Positions 7,231-8,708 of a DNA stretch of 8,708 bases are shown piece by piece (within the stretch, counting starts at the first letter, position 1; each line of letters begins with the position of its first letter). The notes under the pieces were generated by a model, which had not been told where the DNA came from, ran no database searches, and saw nothing but the letters and a program-made list of their open reading frames with translations. The DNA comes from Octopus sinensis (lineage: Eukaryota), in contig NW_021828294.1 in NCBI RefSeq assembly GCF_006345805.1, forward strand, positions 1-8,708. The letters are read 5' to 3'. Made by a program: the position numbers and the translations under genes.

Positions 7231-7955
7231 AGAAGGCCGGCGTCATTAAAACTGGTGTGTTAAGAAAGTAAAACTTAAAGAGGAAATAACACACACACAA
7301 AAAAAGAAATAGCATGGAAGAACAAAAAAGTACGATCAGTTTGCAAGTGATATGAACAGTAAGACAGAAGACCGGTGGCTGTGGATGAGGTGGAGTGACC
7401 TGAAGATAGAGACAGAAGCGCTTACATGCGCAGCTCAAGAACAAGCGTTAAGGACTAACTATATGTAACGTAGAGTCGACAAAACTATCGACAGCGACAA
7501 ACGCAGAATATGTGGTGAGAGGAGTGTAACGGTGTGGCACATTGTTAGCGAATGCCCGAAATGGGCACAAAGTGAACACAAAAGACAACATGACAATGTG
7601 GCAAGGATGATCCATTGGGAGTTCTGTGGAAATCACGACTTACAAATAGTATAGTATGAACAAACCCCAGGAATGAAAATTGCAAAATCCTGTGGGATGC
7701 AATGATTCAGCGCGTTCACCTGACTAAACATCAGAAACTGGATATTGTTGTGGTAAAAAAAAAGAAAGAACATGATTGATAATTGACGTAGAATGTCCCG
7801 GTGACAACAGGATGAAAGAGAAAGAAGAAGGAAAACTGAACAACTACGATGATTTGAAGTGGGGAAATACGAAGTCTGTAGTGAATGAGGAGAGTAGATG
7901 TGATACCAATAGTAATTAAGGCACTTCAAGGTATCAGCACTCAGCTACCAATATG
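7231..7955 (+). mobile_element. 5'-truncated C-terminal fragment of a second R4/Dong-like non-LTR retrotransposon (zinc knuckle and RLE)
   Basis: WKNKK..YDQF; WLWMRWSDLKIETEALTCAAQEQALRTN (AAQEQAL at 7430-7450); knuckle R-x2-C-x8-H-x4-C at 7502-7555 (first Cys mutated); HDNVARMIHWEFC; NENCKILWD; KLDIVV (7735-7752); IIDVECPGD (from 7779); KEKEEGKLNNYDDLKWEIRSL; VIPIVIKALQGIS. Stops and frameshifts throughout. Confidence 0.9.
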
Positions 7956-8036
7956 GTGGAATTTGAACTCAAAGCGAGAAGACAGACGAAATGCCGCTAA
8001 GCATTTCACCCGGCGTGATAATGTTTCTGCTAGACG
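7954..8036 (-). mobile_element. tRNA-derived SINE head, truncated
   Basis: Minus strand has A-box-like TAGCAGAAACATTA, a 7-bp hairpin GAAATGC/GCATTTC (7988-8007) in the anticodon-arm position, and B-box-like GAGTTCAAATTCC (7970-7958). Matches a recalled octopus SINE head. Confidence 0.7.
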
Positions 8037-8185
8037 ACGATGAGGATGGTGGTGACATCCACGAGGACGTCGACGACGACGGCGACGGCGATGCTGATGC
8101 TAATGATTAGAAGAAGGATAATAGTGATGATGATGATGATCGTGTGGTGATGGTGATGATGATGATGAGGGGAGGAGGAAAATGT
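8030..8185. repeat. Degenerate GAC/GAT/GGT trinucleotide low-complexity tract
   Basis: Mixed GAC, GGC, GAT and GGT triplets. Confidence 0.8.
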
Positions 8186-8274
8186 AAATAACAATAAGTA
8201 TAGAAACCGTAATAGGGAATATGTTTACGTATACAAGTATATCCTGATATTATACAGAAATACATAACTATTCA

Positions 8275-8343
8275 CGCATACACATACGCGTATGCGTGTG
8301 TACGTATATATGCATGCATGCATTTATGTATACATGCATGCAC

Positions 8344-8374
<31 letters not shown>

Positions 8375-8406
8375 TGTATGTATGTATGTATGTATGTATG
8401 TATGTG

Positions 8407-8452
<46 letters not shown>

Positions 8453-8453
8453 A

Positions 8454-8520
<67 letters not shown>
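8275..8520. repeat. Degenerate RY tract, (TATG)15 and (TATC)~28
   Basis: TATG at 8345-8404; TCTA/TATC at 8407-8520 with one variant unit near 8453. Confidence 0.97.
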
Positions 8521-8521
<1 letters not shown>

Positions 8522-8659
8522 GAGGAGTAGATAGACAGCCGACAACTGATGAAAGGACGTTATTTGTGTTACTTATCCTGTTTTCAATTTTTTTGCCCTC
8601 GTTGTTTTCGTACTTCGTGTTGTTTACTGTTGCTGGAGTCCTGTACCCATATACCCATA
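8521..8659. mobile_element. Probable interspersed-repeat fragment, family unassigned
   Basis: Island between the TATC and ATT arrays; resembles a recalled octopus repeat (GAGTAGATAGACAGCCGACAACTGATGAA..GTCCTGTACCCATA). Confidence 0.4.
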
Positions 8660-8674
8660 TTATTATTATTATTA

Positions 8675-8708
<34 letters not shown>
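8660..8708. repeat. (ATT)n microsatellite running to the window edge
   Basis: Direct reading; one slip near 8675. Confidence 0.97.

Noticed and set aside
8520-8585. CTGAGGA (8520) and CTGATGA (8546) hammerhead-like words
   Set aside because: The first has only weak stem II pairing and borrows its C from the microsatellite. The second has an AGGA/TCCT stem but no following GAAA.
1-8708. CRISPR array, tRNA or rRNA genes, prokaryotic operon or defence system
   Set aside because: No repeat-spacer periodicity and no full cloverleaf (only SINE heads). All protein motifs belong to decayed eukaryotic retroelements.

Overview
AT-rich eukaryotic repeat DNA with no supportable host gene. The density of di-, tri- and tetranucleotide microsatellites and the SINE families (recognised from memory, not by search) suggest a cephalopod, probably Octopus. 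Most ORFs in the six-frame track are microsatellite translations. Recognisable contents: (1) a decayed, internally deleted R4/Dong-like non-LTR retrotransposon on + (about 1600-3798) with RT remnants, a CCHC knuckle and a restriction-like endonuclease, interrupted by a tRNA-derived SINE (about 1940-2306); (2) a 5'-truncated Penelope-like element on - with an RT YLDD motif, Cys-rich linker and GIY-YIG endonuclease (ORF relic about 6090 to 4929, 3' region to about 4130); (3) the C-terminal part of a second R4-like element on + (about 7231-7955), directly after an (AAT)n(GAT)n tract and ending at an antisense SINE head. The best hidden signal is a set of degenerate minimal type-I hammerhead ribozyme folds at 1263-1311 (-), 3876-3920 (+), 4244-4283 (-) and, weakly, 4505-4556 (-). 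This is a known feature of Penelope-like terminal repeats, here probably in inactive relics. I see no convincing evidence of an entirely new biological system.
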